Shown one piece after another: positions 35,174 to 48,162 of a stretch of DNA of 64,000 nucleotides (position 1 is the first letter of the stretch; every line of letters starts with the position of its first letter). Below the pieces are notes generated by a model. It had not been told where the DNA came from, did no database searches, and saw nothing but the letters and a program-made list of their open reading frames with translations. The position numbers and the translations under genes are program-made. This stretch comes from Marsupella aquatica. Taxonomy: Eukaryota > Plantae > Marchantiophyta. The DNA lies in NCBI GenBank assembly GCA_973895155.1, contig OZ316895.1:11368858-11432857 (forward strand), written 5' to 3'.

Positions 35174-35850
35174 ATGCGTCCCGTGTTAGATGCAGCGTTA
35201 ACTTTGTTTACCATCAAATACAATTGTTATGCACAACGTGTGCGAATTGCTCTACAAGAGAAAAGCATTCCATACAACTGCATCGATGTAAACCCTCGAA
35301 ACAAACTACAGCTTCTGCTACACTCCAATCCAATTCACCAGAAGGTCACTACGATCATCCACAACCACAACCAGTCGCAAAATCCCTGGTCATGCTGGAA
35401 CATCTGGATGATGCATTGATGCAGCAAATTCCATTGATTCCTTAAGACGCTTTCGAGAAGTCGAAGGTTAGATTCTGGTCCGATGTCATCTACAAGAACA
35501 TCGTCAGTATCAGGGACACCCGCATGGCGAGGTCGAGATGTCCGGAGCAGCAAGCTGCCCCAAAAGAAGCTGTCAAGAACTTGAAGACATTGGACCTGGC
35601 CATGGCCAGTTACTCCACTGAGAGCCCGATTTTTGCCGGAGAGACATTCGGATTTTGCGATGTTGTGTTGGCTCCGCTTGAGAATACGTTAGCCGGTGCG
35701 AAAGAAGCTGGTGGCCTTGTCGTCCCTGGGCCTGATGAAACTCCTCGAATACACAACTGGCCCGCCCAAGTTTACGTGGTTTCATTCCAAGCAGAGAAGA
35801 AACTCTTTCGTTCCTGCAGTCCAGAAAAGAGACGCAGAGGCAGCTGTTGC
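35174..35850 (+). pseudogene. Tau-class GST pseudogene (copy 4)
   Basis: YAQRVRIALQEK, NPIHQKV, PVAKSLVMLEHLDD, KVRFWSD, GETFGFCDVVLAPL, GGLVVPGPDE spread over several frames, with a stop at 35443-35445. Confidence 0.88.
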
Positions 35851-35997
35851 TCACTAAATGTACAGAGAACAATCTTAAATCTGAAAATTGCTTACAAACA
35901 TGTCGGTTGCCTCAAACTTCGGGCGATAGCTTGGCGCTGCAGTGGATTACGTTTACCGGTATTCGTCACAGCCATGGTTCTCCCACACGCAGAGTCC

Positions 35998-36175
35998 GAC
36001 GATTCACTCTGGAAGGGCTCTGCTGAGCTGATTTAATTAAACAGGACAAGCAGTAGAACAACGATTCACTCTGGAAGGGTTTTGCTTAGAGAATTTAATT
36101 AAACAGGACAAGGAGTAGAACAACGATTCACTCTGGAAGGGTTTTGCTTAGAGAATTTAGTTAAACAGGACAAGC
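35998..36175. repeat. ~62-bp tandem repeat x3
   Basis: ACGATTCACTCTGGAAGGG...TTAAACAGGACAAG three times. Confidence 0.85.
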
Positions 36176-38461
36176 GGTACATCCTCAAATAGACTTTGCA
36201 GACCCGGCACCAATCTCCGAGGCACAGATCGACTCGTATCCGACATGGAATGTAGCAGATTAAATGCTTCATCATTAATCTGACATTCGGAGTTTCTTAC
36301 TATTACAGAAGCATCAGTAAAAACCAAAGGTAGTGAACTGAAGATGGAAAGGTCCGTCTCTGTTGTAATTCATGTAGTCAAATTTACGCTAGTGGACACT
36401 GAATCACAGATACTTCCATCCGGACGTTTTCAGATTATTACCAAGCGGTTGAACAAGTTAATTGGTCTGCGGCCATTCTCGTTTTCTTTTTTGGGCTTCA
36501 AAAACCAGAGGAAACATTCGTACGAAGTTCAGAAGGTGCTCTTGGTATACCCCCTGGCAGCAGCCATCACTTCATGGGCACTGAGTGGCATTTTACTGTA
36601 CCACCTGTGTACACTGCCAAGATACCAAGATTTTCCCTGGCAGATTCGGTCCAGACCGCTATTCGTTACACGGCGCGCACCATCATGGACACTGCTACTC
36701 TTGCGGAAAACCACTCTGCCACTGACAGATGGCTGATAGAATCTAGAAGAAAACTTTAGAGAACCTGTAAGTATACCAAGGTCATCTCAAACTGGCTCAA
36801 ATTCACTACACTCTACCCAAACGTCACAACAAAGGCTCGAGTCCACAGTTGCGATTAACTAGGAATGTTTCAGACAGATAATCGAGTGTTCAGTAACTTT
36901 AGTATAACGACTGTTCGGAGGTAGGCATGAATCAAAACTACTATTAGGTCCACATGACTAGCTTATTCAGAAGGTATGTCTTTCACCAGCATCAACAGGC
37001 TAGCAATGGTACCTGAAACTTAGCATTGACATCCCACGTTGCAGATGATTTGAGGAAAAGTTTAGCCCGATCCTGAACCAATGCGCGATCCAACTTGAAA
37101 ACTCTTTGATCGAAGTCATGACAAACTTTTACAGGGCATCACATTCTGCCGATGTGGGCTTTGAATGGGAAGAGCAGACGACAACATCAAGAACACACTG
37201 ACAACAGAAAGTGAGAGCCCCATCATCAGACATTGTACAATCCCATCGTGTGGGGAGGTTGCCTTCGTCGATAGTCATCCTTGCCGTTTACCAAGAAATC
37301 CTTACAACTGAGTTGACGTTTACTTCCAGAAAAAAATAGGATTATCTCAGCTCGATGACTTGCATTAGCGAAGTGTTTCACCAATAACTGTGACCACGGA
37401 GACAATTGATGCCGACAATTCTGAAATAAAAAAGAACGCATCCAGAAGGTTGATCTCGAGAATTCAAAGATGCGCTGCAGCAATTTTAGAAGACCTGTTC
37501 CTCACTTGACAAAGCTCATAAGTTTAACTTAATTTTGATACTCGAATCTGTTAAGAAGCTCAATCATGCTCGCTGTTTCCTCGATAATCCTTCGACGGCC
37601 TAACTTAATGTCAGCATACATGTGACGGGCTTCCTGCCTCCAAGGAGATGGAAGCAGGATGCAAAGGATGAAGGGCATGATTGAAGTTGCTTAAGGTAAT
37701 AATTCAATCCACAGGACGACTAGAACTATATAAAACCAAAAACCCTCCTTGCATATAACAACGAGATAGCATTGAGCCGTAAAGGAGAATATGTTCAAGG
37801 AGGTCCCCTGCTCATCTCAATTGTACTCCTCAAAGGAACCGTCACATGTACTTCTTATCCATAAACATATGGATGGATGGATGGACCACGGTACTGTTAA
37901 TAAGACTCCTGTTGTCTTGATCGATGTCGCGCTGAGAAGAACCACAATCGAATTACGTCTCCGGTACGGCTAAAATTATTCAGCGTTGGGTGTATAATTC
38001 CCGTCATTCAGCAGGACTTTCAATGAGTACTGGCAATACAACCCGACGATTCACGTTAAGAGGAGCCGAATCTAATATTTATATGGACTCTGCAGGTTGT
38101 GATCAAAAATAACCTCCAGAGACTAGGCGAGATGCCCGGCCCCAGGTAACCAGGGGGGGTTACAAGAGTTGCTTAAGGCGGCTGATACATTCAATGCTTA
38201 TAGGCTCCAAATTTTGTCGAAAGACACCCGCTCAGAAACCCACCTTCTCGGGGGGCGGGGAGGACAATTCCTTGCCTCTCGGCATCGAAAGCCACCCACT
38301 GCACAGCATAGAGCTCCCCGTTCTCCTGACGTTGCCAGGGTAACAACAGACTTGATTGACTGATCGCTTTAACTGCGAAGGAGAGATTTGAACTAACTGA
38401 CCAGTGAGCGGTGTGAGAATAAAAACTACCCATCTTGTGCTTAACGCGTACGAAGCGCTCG

Positions 38462-40051
38462 TCACCTATCCTGTATTCCCCCCCGCAGCATTGAATCGAG
38501 TCTTCCCTTCGCCTCTTTCAGGGCTACATCCTTTTGGAACGCGATTGACTCAGCCTGGTCTCGCTCCTCCTCAACATGTCTCTGATACTCCTGTATTCTC
38601 TTAAGAACACCCTCAATCGATATATCAAAAGCATCCTTCAAAGTCATGTCACTAGTAGGGTTACTGTACAAGATCCGGGGTATCAAGCTAATCACCACCT
38701 TCCTCATAGCTGCAATGTCTTGGGCAGAATAGCTCCGCAAGACTTCCTCAATGCTAACAGTTTTGTTCCTAATGAGATCTTCTGCAATGAAGACAGAGTA
38801 GGAGGAATTTTTCTCCGGAAAGAACCACCCATACTGCGTATATGCTGAGTACGGGTGGAAAAACACGGGGATGCACCCAGCCAGGATGGCATCGAAGAGA
38901 GATCGACGGGTGTACGAATCCCCCGACGGTTGCAAACAGAAGTGGGACTCCTTGAACAACCTCATCACGTTGGCAGGAGAGTGGCATTTTCCAGCATCCT
39001 TTCCGCACTCCAACAAGTTACAGTACTCCGATTCCTTACACTGTGCCATGATCTGACCTCGAATGGAGGTATCTTGCTTCGGCCTGGGAGCTCCGGCGAA
39101 ACAAAACAATGACTTTCTTTTAATCGTAGCTACACGATCTTGCCAATCAAAAACCTCTTGGTCCGTTGAAGGATGGAAATAAGTTGGGTAGGGAACTCCA
39201 ACATCCTCTACGTGCCAGGGGCTCGCCTCAATAGTGAGCGTGGTGATATTCTTCACAGGCTCGAGGAGGAGAAGCCTGTTACCCCAGTCCCTCTCCTCAT
39301 CGGTAACTCTTCGGAAGTCCCATGTGACTCTTCCACCAATCATGAAGTGATCATGCCCATACATACGTGACCACTCCGGTTGGCTCGTCAACCACTTCGC
39401 GACCTCATTGGGAACCGCATCTCTGTGGCTAATGTTTGCTCCGTCCCAAAGATGTGGCATGACTTCCATCCCCGAATAGAAGGGGACGAAAATTGCATCG
39501 GCCTTAGAGGAGTCCATCGTGCGGCACTCGTAGTGCTTCACTTTGTGCTGGAATATTACTTCCAACGAGAATTGATTGGTGGCGTACCATCCAGTCTTTG
39601 AGAACACTCCCTTCCAATCCTCCATGGGCTGCCCAAATCCCATATTTACAGTGTCTTTGCACATATCGGACCACTGACTCAGACTGTCACACTCCTCCAG
39701 TATCCCCGCGTGATATTTCCTCGGCAAATCATGCAGGTAAATGTACCTCCCTGCACAACCTTCAGCTCCAATACCATCCTCAACTTTCGACAGAGCATCT
39801 CTGGTGGCAAATTTCTCAGTTATCCTGTAGTGATTACTCTTTAACGTGTGGGTCTGCTCCCTCTTGAAGTATGCGGTACTGTCAACCAGACGTACTTCTG
39901 TGTCAGGTACCACAGCAGGGGTGGTGCCTCCACCATCTGAAACGAACCGATACACAAAAAAAAGCCACCAAACAGCGAAAGCCATAGCAATGAAGAGGCA
40001 GCGGTTGCGGATGCGGGTTATTATGCCCGCTTTCTCCATCTTAGCCTTCAT
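38462..40051 (-). CDS. GT47 (exostosin) xyloglucan glycosyltransferase, MUR3/KATAMARI1-like, single coding exon
   Basis: Type II membrane anchor; GRYIYLHDLP, GWYATNQFSLE, DHFMIGGRVTWDFRR, FCLQPSGDSYTRRSLFDAILAGCIPVFFHP; start placed at MKAKM (ORF track extends to 40084 across a likely acceptor). Confidence 0.9.
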   Translation of the reverse strand: MKAKMEKAGIITRIRNRCLFIAMAFAVWWLFFVYRFVSDGGGTTPAVVPDTEVRLVDSTAYFKREQTHTLKSNHYRITEKFATRDALSKVEDGIGAEGCAGRYIYLHDLPRKYHAGILEECDSLSQWSDMCKDTVNMGFGQPMEDWKGVFSKTGWYATNQFSLEVIFQHKVKHYECRTMDSSKADAIFVPFYSGMEVMPHLWDGANISHRDAVPNEVAKWLTSQPEWSRMYGHDHFMIGGRVTWDFRRVTDEERDWGNRLLLLEPVKNITTLTIEASPWHVEDVGVPYPTYFHPSTDQEVFDWQDRVATIKRKSLFCFAGAPRPKQDTSIRGQIMAQCKESEYCNLLECGKDAGKCHSPANVMRLFKESHFCLQPSGDSYTRRSLFDAILAGCIPVFFHPYSAYTQYGWFFPEKNSSYSVFIAEDLIRNKTVSIEEVLRSYSAQDIAAMRKVVISLIPRILYSNPTSDMTLKDAFDISIEGVLKRIQEYQRHVEEERDQAESIAFQKDVALKEAKGRLDSMLRGGIQDR

Positions 40052-41427
40052 CGACTTCTTCCCTACTGAATACTGCAGAAACATGAACGCAGTAACCGCA
40101 ATTACATATCAAATCCTGCAGATGTGTTGCAGAGAAAGAATTCTAAGGAACATGCTGCTACTCAATTCGCCGCTCACTTGTGGCTGAACCTGGTTGAAAC
40201 GAGAGTGACGTCGGTCAGGCTGATGACCCAAGCTAACTGTGAACCTAGCGATGGACCCCTTGGTATAGAATTACAGTGCATTCAATATCTAATCAGAAAT
40301 CATAAGGGATGTAGACAACCCCCCGACACATGAGACGAATGGGACGGAATGACAGGGGCACGACCGCTTCCTGAAACTGGATAGATTTTGAATTAAACAG
40401 GGCTGGTCCAAATTCCCACGGCATGAGCGGTATTGACGCGAACAATCTAGATCTGCTCACTACACCAGAATGGGAAGACCAAGTCAGTCGATTTTAACTG
40501 AACTGACAGGGACATGGAGAAGGGAAGCATACAGGCGTTGCACAGACAATCTCAGCTGACAGAACGAGATCGTGAACAAGTATGCGTCCGTCCCACGTCA
40601 AATAGGGGAAGTTAGGAAACGGCAAAAGTACGAGGTTCGGAGAAACCCCCCACGAAGCTTTGCAGTCATGCCCCGATCTGAGGAGAAGACCGAGAATGTC
40701 AAAGACCACCGGGACTGAATGGCCCTAGTCCTTCTTCGTCTTCTTCAGCTGCGTGCCGAGGTTTGTTCGATTTTCTTTCCACAAGCTTGAACGGCAGGCA
40801 CGCAGTGACGACAATACAGTGGCACAACCTTACATCTGTCGCTTAGTCCCCCACGCAAGCCGAGTCCCTCCAAGTGCATGTACTCCCACGATGAAACTTA
40901 GAGAGGCAGGCAACACCTACCCCAGAGGTGTTGTGGGGCCTTCGTGATGATGAGTGCAGCTAAAAGGGTGGACGGTAACCAAGAACGTCCACCGAATTCA
41001 AGAATCGATTCTACCCCAACTAGGAAACCGCAAGGCCTCCCGTGCTACAGGAGGGGTTCTCCTCTGCTAGAGAACCCACTGAGGGGCAGAAAAGTAGAGA
41101 GTTGAAGAAGAACGATCGACGCACCATGAGCTACTACCAGCCAAGAAAAGTTCGATCCAGGTACAGCCGCAACGAGTCACATGTCAAAACAATCTCCGGC
41201 AGCTGCTGCTGCTCCTGCTGATGCAGCTACACAGCACCTTGTGCTGCTCTACAATAGAAACGAACACGAGCACGACGACAAACACAGTCCCCTACGCCTA
41301 ACGCAAACTCCGGCGCACCGCATCAGCGCCGATGCACTGCTGCCCTCCTCTCCTGTGCCTCGGCCTCTATGTCCCCCGCCTTACCAGGAGTTGCTGTCGT
41401 CACACAAACCTTTGCTGCGTAGATTGA

Positions 41428-41467
41428 GTTGGACACCGATGTTGGACACCGATGTTGGACACCGATA
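41428..41467. repeat. 13-bp tandem repeat x3
   Basis: GTTGGACACCGAT x3. Confidence 0.85.
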
Positions 41468-41839
41468 AGCATGCGGGGACCCACTCCTCCCACGTCTCTC
41501 CTCTCCTACATTACCTCCACATAGGCAGATGCCTGAATTGAAATCGCTGCCACGAGCGGGAGCTTTATGACGAAAGCATAATATGCAGGGCTCACTGTCC
41601 CGTTCTGCATTGTGCCATTGAAATTGGCGAGATGGGAAGTTGGTAATTTAACGCAAGGCAGCTATTCCGATTCCACCGATCATTCATACTGACGAGTGAC
41701 GATACTTCCTGGCCTTGCCGGACAACGCGCAACTGGTAGCTCATTTATGGAGCAGCACCACTACCACTGCTACGGTAAACGGTCCTCTCTTTGTGCCATC
41801 TCTCTCTCTCTCTGCTGGCGGTAAATGGTCCTCTCCTTG

Positions 41840-41844
<5 letters not shown>

Positions 41845-41882
<38 letters not shown>
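41845..41882. repeat. (CT)n microsatellite
   Basis: Pure CT run, part of a short duplicated unit at 41774-41882. Confidence 0.92.
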
Positions 41883-41884
<2 letters not shown>

Positions 41885-42166
41885 AGCTGGCGTTCTCACC
41901 AGGCTGGAATGACCGAATGAGGCCTTTGCTCAATCATTTGGGGCTACGGTCCTGGAAGTGCCTTTATGTTTATGCTGACTTCTTGTTTGGAGTGCGTTGT
42001 GGGCCATAGTGCCCTGAAAATCCAGGCTTTAGATTGAATTTTGAGGGGCTATTAACTCTTCTCAAACTTGCAGCTTCCCGCTTTTCCAGGCAGCCCTTCT
42101 AAAGATATTCATTCTAAGTAATCTACTCTGGCGACTAGACCCAAACCCAACTTTTGGGCCAATTTA

Positions 42167-42725
42167 GGAGGACTTTACAAGACGTCGGGGGCACTTGGGA
42201 GTTTTTTTTTCCAAAGCAAACTGGAGGGCCATTGCACACACTAAATATAGTGTCCCGGGGCTAAAAGCAATTTTTGAATCCTTTTATTGCCCCCAAGGTC
42301 TTGTAAAGCCAAGTGCAGCCAATGGTGCCAGATTAATTGACTAAAAGACATATTGAGGACCCACTCCACCTGAACGTCACGTAATCTTTGGCTAAAGTCT
42401 TTGTAAATGTGAAAAAAGAATATATTATGAAGGACTTGTGGGTCACTTTTTATTACAAATGACTTAAAATAGAAATGGACCAAGCGGCCAGAAGAAGAGA
42501 CCACCAAAAGAGGTGGTCTAAAATCTAGGACAAAAGAGTGCTCCACATAAGCAAAAATTGGGCCCCACTGCATTCCATGTAGGATTGGTAACAGGTTCGG
42601 TTGAAAGTGCCCCCCCAAGGTTTTGTAAAGTGAACAACAACAATTTCTCTAAAATGGATGGCGTTGATCAGATCTTGGACACCAAAAAATGTGAAAACTG
42701 CCCCCAACGTCTTGTAAAGCCACCC
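42167..42725. mobile_element. Tourist-like (PIF/Harbinger) MITE
   Basis: ~27-bp TIRs GG.GG.CTTTACAAGACGT.GGGGGCA; TTA TSD at 42164-42166 and 42726-42728. Confidence 0.85.
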
Positions 42726-43789
42726 TTAGGTTAGAGTTGGGTTTCAACAGGCTCCCACTAGTCAACTGGGCAATAACAATTTTTGAATGAATGCTGACTA
42801 TTTATTCAACGGCACTAGCAATTCTTGAAGGGTGTCCATACACATTGCGCAAACCAACTTTTGGTGTAGATGGTGATGCACCAACTACCCAAGTTATCTA
42901 TGGTCACGTTTGCGAGAACTGCAGATTTCTGGTCTGTGACCAGGCAAGAAATATTTCTCACAGGTAAGCTCTGAGGATGAGTTGGTTTGAGATGCCCTAT
43001 TATTGCCAAGAATGTTGTGGTAACTGGACTTTTATTTCAGTAAAAATAAATAGAGGAGAACTTTCAAAATAACCTGATCCAATTCTTTGACTCCTGATTT
43101 TTCTCTATAAATACACTAAAAATTACAAAGAGAAAAATCATGGAGTGCATGTTGGCATGGTCAAGTTGTCCGCTGCTACTGCCCGGGGCTCAAAATATAT
43201 ATATAGTGACTACTGTAGTGATGGGAGATGAATTTCATCCACCAGGCTATCAGCCAGTGCCAGACCATCGGAGAGGACCCTGTCGCCCTGAAATCAATCA
43301 AGGTCCCATCCAATGAAGGCAGCACTAATGAAAGCTCCACCCCACCCCAGCAATGTAGTAAACCCAGTCATAGAGTCTTACTACCATAAAGGCACTTCCA
43401 CAGACTGTCTCCCTGACTTCTCACTCCAGGTCCCATCCAACTATCAGGTCCCATCTAATGAAGGCAGCACTAATGAAAGCACCCTGTCAAAATCTTGGCA
43501 AATGTGGCCAAACTCAGTACAGTAACTTCACTGCATATATCTCCAGTAGAGATGTGGAGGAAGAACTAGTGTAAGGATCAACAAAGTGGCCATCAACCCT
43601 TGTTGACATGCAAGCACTTTTATAATCTGCGTTATCATTTAGAATATCAACATTATTGCCCAGTTTTCCAGGTTAGATTCGTTAAATGTTAGAGGACTAG
43701 GCTTGGAGCCACAACTTTCATGTTGTGACCCTGGCTGAATTTGGCAGAACCATTTGGGATAGTATATATCTGATAGTATGACTAGAGGG

Positions 43790-44165
43790 TTCTTGCGCTG
43801 TTCAGTGGAGGCCTTATCCCCAGTGTCTCTCATCACAGGATTTTTAGGCAGAGGGTGTTTGTTGCGTTTCAGTGGGCACAGGCGTTCACTATTCTTTGTA
43901 GAGGTGAGGCTGTTGGTCTTAGAGCCTTTAGTAGGATTTCTTTGCTTGACCCCTCCTATGCAGTTCACATCGGAGCTCTACCAGCCTCTTCAGTTTGTCG
44001 ATCGGTAGGCTTTAGGTATCTCGCTTTAGTATGTTATTTTCCTTTGGTTTCCTTGTTTCCTGGCCCTTTGGTTGTACCCCCTTGATTGGATCTTGATTGG
44101 GTCCTTTGCCTGTGGGATCATGTCTCCCAGTTGGGTGCACTTTGTTTTTTGGTAGTGTGATAAAT
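43790..44165 (+). mobile_element. 5'-truncated CRE-like non-LTR fragment
   Basis: Encodes RVFVAFQWAQAFTI, resembling the RISVTL*RAQARAV C-terminus at about 56310; 3' tail ends GTAGTGTGATAAATA. Confidence 0.55.
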
Positions 44166-47100
44166 ACTAGAGGTGCATGGAGCCACACTATTCACTTTAT
44201 TTGGTCATTCCAAAAGCCCCAACCTGACACCCTTTTTTGTTTTTGGTCTTCGACTACTTCCCTTTATTTGGTCATTCCAAAAGTCCCAACCTGACAACCT
44301 TTTTTGTTTTTGGTCTTCGACTACTGTCTGACAAGATATTTCAATTGGAAGCGTTTCTTTAAAATCGAAAGTAAGTGTAGGGATATATATCACGCTGCTA
44401 CCAACAACAAAAAGTGCTAAACTAGGAGGCAGGATCCCAGAGAGCCTAGAGACCTAATAAAGGGGAGACAACAAGGGACAAACCAAGGAGGACCAAAGTC
44501 AGAGCTAAAACATTGCCTCTAACAATTGTTGTCAACATGCAAAGAAAGAGTCATATTTTTTGTCTAACACAAAGGACTTCACCAGGCCCCTCCTTATCTT
44601 GTGGACTTGACGCACACTAAAGATGGACTATAGACATTATGATGGTGAACATAGGCCTTCTCGAGGGTGAACAGTCAAAAGTTCTGAAAACTCAGTCATA
44701 CCATACACTTGAACAGAGTGAACATCGGGTCCTTCTCCGCTATAAAGGGCACCACTGCTAGACTTGGGCACAATGCAGGGCAGGATGTTAATTTCTGGTA
44801 AAACTCAATATTTATAGGATGACAGAATGAACACCGTTTGAGCTGAAAGTTTTTGGTGTGATCTATGAAGTTCAAGCTACTACTAAAACAGGGTGGGATT
44901 TTTGGGACATCTCCAACACTCAATCCTGCATAATCAACCATTACTTTTCACAAATTACAATCTACACCAGAGAATTTTTTTTTAGTCATGTGACATTTTA
45001 AAATGTACACAGTATCTAGTCCACCAGGCTTTGGAATAGGTCAACTCCATTCAAGAACAAAGTTCATGGCTTGCAAAACAAATGAGTAGTCCAAGTGTGT
45101 TCAAAAAATGATCCCACCTACGTAAAAAGTATCTGTACTTTTCAATCATCTGTACGTATTTTCTCTCTGTTTTTTATAAACAAAAAGGGGGAACAGAAAT
45201 TGAAGCCGAGATGTACCTCCATGCTTTTCAAAATGCTTAGATAGGCTTTTTGTAACCTTGATGGACTACAGCAAAGCCCTTATATATAACACCCATGAGT
45301 GAATGTGGCAAGCAATAGAGACGGTAGTCTTTGGAAGTTTGCTTCTCAATTCTCAGTGAAATTTGATAGCTTTAGGCTCATAGGAAATATTTTTCCAAGT
45401 AGATTCTAACAACCCCAACAAATCATATTCTATCCGATATGGATGAAGATTGTGAATGTCAGAGTTCATTGCTGAAAAACTTTTCAAAGTGCAAAGTGTG
45501 GACAGAGTGATAGAGTAGTCATAGAAGGTGCAGAGAAGAGGCTATCAAGCTTGATATCAAGGGAAATGATAAGGGTGTCAATGAGTGAAAGTGAAAAATG
45601 CATGTATCACAGACCATGGGGGTTGCATGGTTTATTGGCTCGGTCACGGGAGTATCATTTTCCTCCAAAACCCCTTCGACTTCAGAATTTGTCTGCTTTG
45701 ATATTTCCACACTAATTAGTAAACAATGTGCGTGTAGGGACAGGGCAAACTAATGGGGTATGAACAAACTTTGATAGAGTTTAGACTATGGAATGTTATT
45801 ACGTACCAGTTAGGATGGACACAAAGTCCTGGTCCTGGTTGCACAGGGTCTGGTTTACCTTCTCGGTTTTCCTTGGCTTTCTCAAAAACAAAACAAAACC
45901 TCGTAAGACAACTTCTGAGTTTAGATTGTTATTTTTAGAAAACAATCAATGATATTATCCGTAAACATGTTGTCAGCTTTAGAGATATTGCCGTTGCCGC
46001 ATACTCATCAAAGGAATATGCTGTCCTCCTCTATCTTTCATTTAAAAAAACAAAAAATGCTTGAGGGCATTATGTCCCTTTATGTCGAAAATACAAGTTA
46101 GCTCCCTTGTATCAGCCGTTGTTGTCCGCCGGCTGCAAATCAAAGAAGGGATGGAGTTTTGCTGATGCCGAAGAGGGCCGCATTGCCGTAATTGAATGCG
46201 CTTCTACTCAACTGAAATCTCCAATAACCAAGTTCACAACCCCTGGACCCCTGCCCATGAAGCTGCCCTACCAACAATCAATGCCTTTCCAACGATCCCC
46301 CACACAAAGGACTCAATACAACACCAGACATGAAGCGCAAGAGATTGCAAAAACATCGACGTCATCTCCAGGGCGATTTAGAGTGTAGTAGACCTCATTG
46401 TTTCTTACAAAACGTCTTACAATCCGTTCTGCACTGATGCCTACAGTAGAATCATTGTCCCCGGCCAATCCAAAACCATTAATAATTTCCATAAGCAATC
46501 ACAGGACCGGAAATACCCAAGATGCTAGGACTCACAGTTGCCGATCTTTCGTCACGACCTCATGACACCGCATCCACACCAAAATTTGTTCAATCCAATC
46601 GCTTACGCAATCTTACGAAAGCTCTATCAATGCAGAGCCCGAATGTTTCAGGCAATAGCTTGGCGAAAGCCCAGTCAGTCAACAAATCTCCCACCCTTGT
46701 CCTTAGCTGAGTCTCAATTCAACCATAATCGTGCGCAGTTGAGTGACCCTTCCGTCCGCAACACCTTTGCAATTCAAATCCTATTCCAAATCTTAGTCCA
46801 ACGCATTCTCCCGAGAGCCTGTCCACCCACAATTCCGATTCTGTTCTCAAAAAAGCCAACCGACAGGAAGTGCTCCTACGAAAGCCCGCAACATTCCCAA
46901 GACATTTCTGTCTAAGCTCCAGTCAGCTCACGCAGCTCCGCCAGCCCCCCAAGCCCCAGCCTCCCTCGTTGGACCCTTTCCTTGTGCCCTTTCACAATAC
47001 GAACATCCCAATCCGCGCATCCACAACACCAACATACCCACACTCTTGCCCTAGCTGTACCCCTTTATCACCATCAATTTTGGAGCTGGAAACCGAAGTA

Positions 47101-48162
47101 CGGAGGAGAGAGAGCTTTAGGGGATTTGATTGGCCTTCAGCGAAATGCTTGTTTTGGTGGTGGTGGTGGTCCTGCTCCTGCGCGGAACAACCTTCTTCAT
47201 CCCAGAGGTGGAGCGAGAGAATTCAATCCCTGCCATGAGAAGAATAATACGTTCGGTGGTAGCAAGGAGACCGATGAATAAGCATTGCAGGAAAGCTCCT
47301 CACTGCAGGAGGTCTGTTATCGTTTCGTGCATGCGGGCGATAAATTGGTCTAGGGAGAAGTTGAGTTTGGCAGTCCCACACCTGCCCCTATAAAGGGCTA
47401 CTATAACCCGTAGCTCTCATTGTAAACACCACAAGTTCATAAATGTGTTTTGAGTTCCACAAAAGATGCACTGCAAAAACTTTTTATTGGCAAGTATTCC
47501 ACAAAAAGTGCTAGTGTTCCACCTTTTATGATGAATAATGAGACATGGAATGAGGTTTTTATAGTGGCAAGTGTGATTTGGAGGCTGGGGACTCAATTTG
47601 GACCTTCCTAGTCACGAATTCATATACGTGTTTGTGTGCGAGCACTGTACATTCTTAAAAGCATTCTTATAAAATCTTTAACCCATACTGAGCCAATGAT
47701 TTCAATGCTCTAAGAACATATCTTCACAATGTCCCACCTTGCATCGATCATCCACGGTGCTTTCCATAACAACTCATCTCTTTGTTGGACCATAGCCTGA
47801 TTGCTTGACTGACTCTCTTCTACCTGATTGCTTGACTGACTCTCTTGGGCCATCCTCTGCTATAATTGAAGTTTGTGCTTAGCAATTGATCCAGTTCACA
47901 GTAGAATTGTGATCTTAGGACATAGGAAGGGTTAGGGCATCCTGAAGCACAAGGGTTCTAGGCAGAGTTGGGTGCAATGCGGCCTCTAGAAGAGGTGGAC
48001 AGGTCTGGAGGACATGCCCCAAGGCTACTGCTTAACTATTTTTAGACGGTTGCTTGTTTTAAGGGTAATTACTTAACTACCCTACCAGGACTACCCTTTC
48101 ATATTAAACACAGACTTATCTGGATACCAATATTTAGTTTGAAAATACATATTATAAGAATA

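Noticed and set aside
44580-45000. Possible L1 ORF1 remnant on the minus strand (IEFYQKLTSC...)
   Set aside because: Too degenerate to support by eye
46000-47400. GC-richer region with many short ORFs; possible gene, lncRNA or miRNA precursor
   Set aside because: No recognisable protein motif, splice pattern or hairpin
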